From contig CM075990.1 of assembly GCA_038087875.1 (NCBI GenBank), positions 2,854,001 through 2,918,000 on the forward strand: a stretch of 64,000 nucleotides of DNA, written 5' to 3'. A program made the position numbers and the translations under genes. Source of the DNA: Malacoraja senta. Lineage: Eukaryota. The notes beneath the pieces are model-generated. The model made no database searches. It worked only from the letters and a program-made list of their open reading frames with translations, and was not told the origin of the DNA. Positions 58,459 to 64,000 of this stretch are shown here, piece after piece. Each line of letters starts with the position of its first letter. Positions within the stretch are counted from its first letter, which is position 1.

Positions 58459-60779
58459 CATATATATGTATACACACCCACCAATATATATATAGCAATT
58501 TACCAAGTTATATATGTATATAGCACTATATGGTACATGTATATATTTGGACTATATTACATTTTATATTGTAATTACTATATTACAAAGTAAGTTATGT
58601 ATATTGGTCTTATCAAACATAACGTTCAGCACTACACTACCATCCCAATAGTGGAGGACATTGGTAAAGTTGTCTCGTTGTAGGACACTGATCTTTCTTT
58701 TTATTCTGGATACTAAATCATGTATTGTGTTTTTGTATATAATTTATGATGTCTTATAAGAAATTTTACTAAGCTTTTATATGTATTGTATGGTGTTTTA
58801 TATGCAATGTATTTTTTGTAATGTCGTCTCTTGTCTGGACCTTCAGTCTGATATAAAAAAAGTTTAATTAAAAAATAATATATAATATATTGAGAACAAT
58901 ATATTGTACATGTATATATGAGTGCTATATTGCATTTTTGTATTTACTATATTACATAGTAAGTTGTATATATAATGTATATAGAAAGAGTAATATAAAG
59001 TACATGTATATATGTGTACCATATTACATATTACTTTGTAATTATTATATATTCAAGTAAGTATGGGAATATAATCTATCTATGTTTGTGTGTGGGCATT
59101 TGTGTGGGTTTTGCGTGAATCAGGTAGAGTTCTAAATGCGAGGTGACAATCTGAACGCGGTTCCGTTCCTTCTGCATCCATACTGTGAACCCGCTGAATG
59201 ATGAACCAACACAAGAGCCCGCAGGCCGGCAAATTATTAACGAAATATTAGCATACGATTTGCAATTTAATCAAGGATTATTGTCACACGGTAAACCTGA
59301 TGTGTGGAACGTGATACGTTTAATTCAGCTGCGGAGGTTGTAGACGGGAATTAAACTATTACCAACATTACTCACTGCGAGCCGGTCCAGAATCTTACCA
59401 ATATATATATAAATTTACCGGAAAACTGAGCTGCAAAATACCTTCATCTTGTGTCTGATTGAATTTGCCATTTTAAAACCATTAATTATTTCGTGGAATA
59501 GAGGTTTAAAAATCACACTGACTTGTCTTTTAAATGAATGCATTGATCATAAATAATGTTAAGAAGTTTGTTTTACTGTGATCCTACATAGTATGTTTTC
59601 CACATATCAAATTTTATCTGTTTCTATTAAAACATTTTCCTCGGGTAAATTATTATCTATTTATGATCAAAATATGATCACGCGGCGATTTCTTGTCAAG
59701 TGATGTAAAACAGTTTTATACCTAAAGTGATAATAAAGATTTGTCTTGGTAACTCCAGTCTGCGGCCACACGGGGGCAGTGTCATTTAAAACGTCGATTC
59801 TCTGTTAAAGTTACTGTCCAATGTTGTTTCAGGTCCCAATATCACTCACTCAGCGGTTTGGTGAGGGCGGACAGCATAGAAACCACACCTGCACAGGTGA
59901 ACTCGCAGAGGAGCCGAGGTGCCGTCTCCGTGACACCGTGACCGACCCCCCCCCCACCCCCTCCCTAAACAACTGCGAACTTTGAAGCTCAAAACTTCGT
60001 GAGAGAGCGCCTCCGTTGTGTGTTGTGTGACTCGAGTTTAGGACCTCATTAACTCGCGTTGGCCTTGTATCGGGCTAACTTGGTTCTGCCGGCTTCAGCC
60101 TGGGCTTGCGCGATAACACGGCACTCGCCGGTTCACGACCAGGGGGACGACATCGGCTGAGAGCGGCCGGGAGCCGGGGTAGCTGGAGAGAGGGGAGGTG
60201 GGAAACAACCTACCTTTAGGAAAGAGACAAGAAGGAATTTCTTTAGTCAGAGGGCGGTGAATCTGTGGAATTCATTGCCACAGACGGCTGTGGATGCTGT
60301 CAATTTATATATTTAAGGCGGAAATGATTAATAAGGGGCGTCAGGGGTTATGGGGAAGCAGGAGAATTGGGTTGAGAGGAAAGATAGATCAGCCATGATT
60401 GGATGGCGGAGTAGACTTGATGGGCCGAATGGCCTAATTACGCCCCGACAATTTATGAACCAGTGAACTTAGGAGAGGCGCAAAAAAAGTTGCGTCCACA
60501 GATTGTACGCGGGGTTAAAGCGACTTCACTCCCCGTCGCTGGGGCTTTCTCTCTGTCTGTTTTTTTGATCGTGTTTCCCCTCAGTGCCGCTTTCTTCGCA
60601 GCAAAGCACCCCGCCACTTTGGTAAAGAGCTGCTGATTTAAGTTTACTGACACGGGGAGAGAATCCAATCTCGGCGCGGCACCTCCACTCTCCCGTGAGT
60701 GCGTTCCAGTCATATGGGGTGGTTAGCTGAGATGGGGAAAGCTTGCTCTTCGGGATAGCTTTAAGGAAGGGAGATGGAG

Positions 60780-60793
60780 AGATGGAGGGAGGG

Positions 60794-60872
<79 letters not shown>
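60780..60872. repeat. (GA)n microsatellite
   Basis: Direct reading. Confidence 0.95.
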
Positions 60873-60877
<5 letters not shown>

Positions 60878-63800
60878 ACACACACACATCAAAAAAAGCT
60901 TGTGTGTTTGGCAGAAGCGAGCACTGGAGATTTCGTTTTACTTTTCGCATCACACAGATGACACTGACCGCAGAGAGGAGGTGTTGGGGAAAATAAGGGT
61001 TATATTCACGAGAAGGGATGAATTTGGACGTTCAGTGCGTTTTATTCGTTTGAAACAAGACGGTATCAAAAATAAAAGAGACTGATTATCATTACCGATG
61101 AGATGGGAGTTTAAAAATGTGTAGGAAGGAAACCAATCTTCAGTTGGTTTAAACTGAAGATAGACAGAAAAGCTGGAGACTGGAACTCGATTTCACCCAG
61201 ACCACAGCTAACATTGGCCTGTTTCTTTATCACCGTTACTTTTTTGCATATCTTTCATTCATTTGTTCTATATCTCTCTATATCACCGTCTGTATCTCTC
61301 ATTTCCCTTTCAGACTGAGTCTGAAGAAGGGTGCCGACCCGAAACGTCACCCATTCCTTCTCTCCAGAGATGCTGCCTGTCCCGCTGAGTTACTCCAGCA
61401 TTTTGTTTATCCAAGGAGTTTCCAAAGATTGCGACAATTAGCGAAGCAGCACACGTATGCTCTCGTTCATTTAATATGTAAATATATGTTCAAAACGGCC
61501 TTGCCCTGTAGTAATTAATAGCGGGCCCTTTCTAATTTTGATTTTGTAACGGTTTTGTTAATGAGAAAGCGGGCCCGTTAATACTGTATTCGCTGTAGAA
61601 TGAAAGTCCAGTCGGTCACTAACATATTGCAGATATAATATTCTCATATATCTCCAGTCTCAGAAATCATAACGCCGGCGTGTTAAAGTTTGCATTTGTC
61701 TTGTGTGCAGTTGAATGAATGATATTTTATTGTCAAATGTGACAAGTCCTTGTTTTCCATACCAAATGTATGCAAATAATCGGCACAATATCAGTCGATA
61801 TATTTAAGGCAGAGATAGATAGATTCTTGATTAGTACAGGTGCCAGAGGTTATGGACAGAAGTCAGGAGAATGGGGTTAGGAGGGAGAGATAGATCAGAT
61901 TGAATGGCGGAGTAGACGATGGGCCGAATGACCTAATTCTACTCGTTGACCTTATAAAGGGCTCAGACAAAGTTACAGGGTATTCAGTTGTACACAAACC
62001 ATTCAATTTGTAATAAGAAAGTTATTTGTTTCTCTCTTTCGCTGTTTAGTTCCTCGACTTTGAACGTCCAGAATACGGCGTAGATCGATTTTCTCAATGG
62101 GATGAAATTCATCTTGTGTAACAACTCCAAGCTGCTGGGAGGACTCAGATCACAGCGGTGCACGTCACAGCCAAACTGCGAAGCCCCTGCTTTTCAAGCT
62201 GGATTGGCCAGCTGAACGGAACTCAGAGAAAATGCTCAGAGAAACAAGGAACTGCAGATGCCGGAATCCTGAGCAAAATACAAAGTGTTGGAGGAACGGA
62301 AGGGATCAGGCAGCATCTTCGGAGTGAATGGTCCTGACCCGAAACGCCGCCCCTCCACTGATCCCGCCGGACCCGTTGAGTTCCTCCACAACTTGGTGTT
62401 TTGCTCAGATACCGTATACAATTGTTAATTTTAAAAGCGACACTGTCAAACTATATTAAGGAAACAACATTACTGAACACGGCGATGATCAATAAATCGT
62501 TGATTTGGGGATTAATTTATTGCTGTTTTCGAACTTTTTAAAGCGTGATTTAATAGGAAACCGAGGGGTAACCTTTTTACACAAAGGATTGGAGCGTGCA
62601 TTTAACACACTGCCGGAGGAGGTCGTTGAGGCAGGTACTAGCTTAACGTTTTAGAAACAATTGGACAGGTACATGGATAGGACAGGTTTAGAGGAATATG
62701 GGCCAAACGCAGGCAGGTGGGACGAGTGTAGATGGGACATGTTGGGCGCTGTGGGCAAGTTGGGCCGAAGAGCCTGTTCCCACGCTGCACGACTTTATGA
62801 TGCTGATGTTAAAATGCGAGATAGCTGGAGAGTTTTGCATGGCATCGCATGCCCGATGGTTCCCGCACAGTGCGCCCGGAAGAGCAACAAACACTTTTGT
62901 TTCCGCCCACCGAAATTCATCTCGGCAGAAACCGGACCCGTAATTTTCAACTCGTTTAACGGAATCTAGACAATTAAACGGGCTGCGTAGAAAGGAACTG
63001 CAGATAGACAGACACAAAATGCTGGAGTAACTCAGCGAGACAGGCAGCATCTCCGGAGAGAAGGAATGGGAGACGTTTCGGGTCGAGACCCTTCTTTAGC
63101 CGCTGATTTCCCTCAGCATTCGCCCAATGCTCATCTGACAACAAGAGACGGAAAGCAATATTATTTTCCTAATCTAGCAATCCACACAGTTAAACTTCAC
63201 GGGTTTTACTGACATTAGTACATCGTGGGAGAAGCAAATGACGTTGGAGAAGAATAATTTAAGAAGTTACAACGAAGTGTTTACATAGGGACAGCCGACC
63301 TATACTACAAAATTATTCCCCCACCCCCAACCACACACACATCCCATTTGTGAGAATCTTTGCACTGTAAGCTTGGAGGCTGCACCTTCCAATGTCACAG
63401 ACACATTATGTCCAACAAACACTGTGCGCTGTTGTGCTGAACTACTGTCCAAATATTTGATGTCCCTCGGACTATCTTTGATCGGACTTTGCTGGCTTTA
63501 CCTTGCACTAAACCTTATTCCCTGAGCGTGTATCTGGATCGATTGTTAATCATGCGCTGTCTTTCTGCTGACCGGTTCGCACGGAACAAACAAGCTTTTC
63601 ACTGTACCTCAGTACACGTGACAATAAACTCATCTAAAACTAAAAACTAATACAGACACGAAGTGCTAATGCAGAGTAACTCAGCGGGTCGGGCAGCATC
63701 TCGGGACAAAAACGACGGGTGGCATTTTAGGTCGAAACCATCGTCCAACAGACATTGACCACATTGAACTTCAACATTATATCTCACGCTCCTTAAAACG

Positions 63801-64000
63801 CATAAGCAATTCCTCCTAAATCAAAAGAAAAAGCAGCTTCCCCACCCTCAACTATTTCAATTCTGCTTAGGCGCTCAATATTTGATCAACAGTGTCCCTA
63901 GGTCAACCCCACTCATTACATTAATTTTTCCAGTGATTTCTATTCACTTACAACTATAACGGGGTCTGATATATAGCTATCGAGCGGGTGGTCCGGCGCT

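Overview
Eukaryotic, repeat-rich vertebrate genomic DNA. It is probably from a cartilaginous fish (skate/ray/shark), inferred from HE1-like V-SINEs and their CR1-type partner LINEs. The only supportable protein-coding gene is the 5' half of Pax2 on the minus strand: coding exons 1-5 at 39123-39166, 37836-38001, 33310-33507, 26700-26785 and 12632-12754. These give a complete paired domain plus the YSINGILG octapeptide; I did not recognise later exons, which probably lie beyond position 1. About 25 kb of upstream regulatory DNA follows. Exon 1 carries an apparent +1 frameshift next to an assembly gap. The remainder comprises about 20 V-SINEs, many CR1-like LINE 3' fragments, two TAA-flanked Harbinger-type MITEs, long CA/GA/TA microsatellites, two 200-N gaps, and more than 30 short, often fold-back, Penelope-like elements carrying a minimal hammerhead-ribozyme motif. 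Almost all other ORFs in the track are microsatellite or repeat artefacts. Repeat boundaries are read by eye and approximate unless a TSD is quoted.
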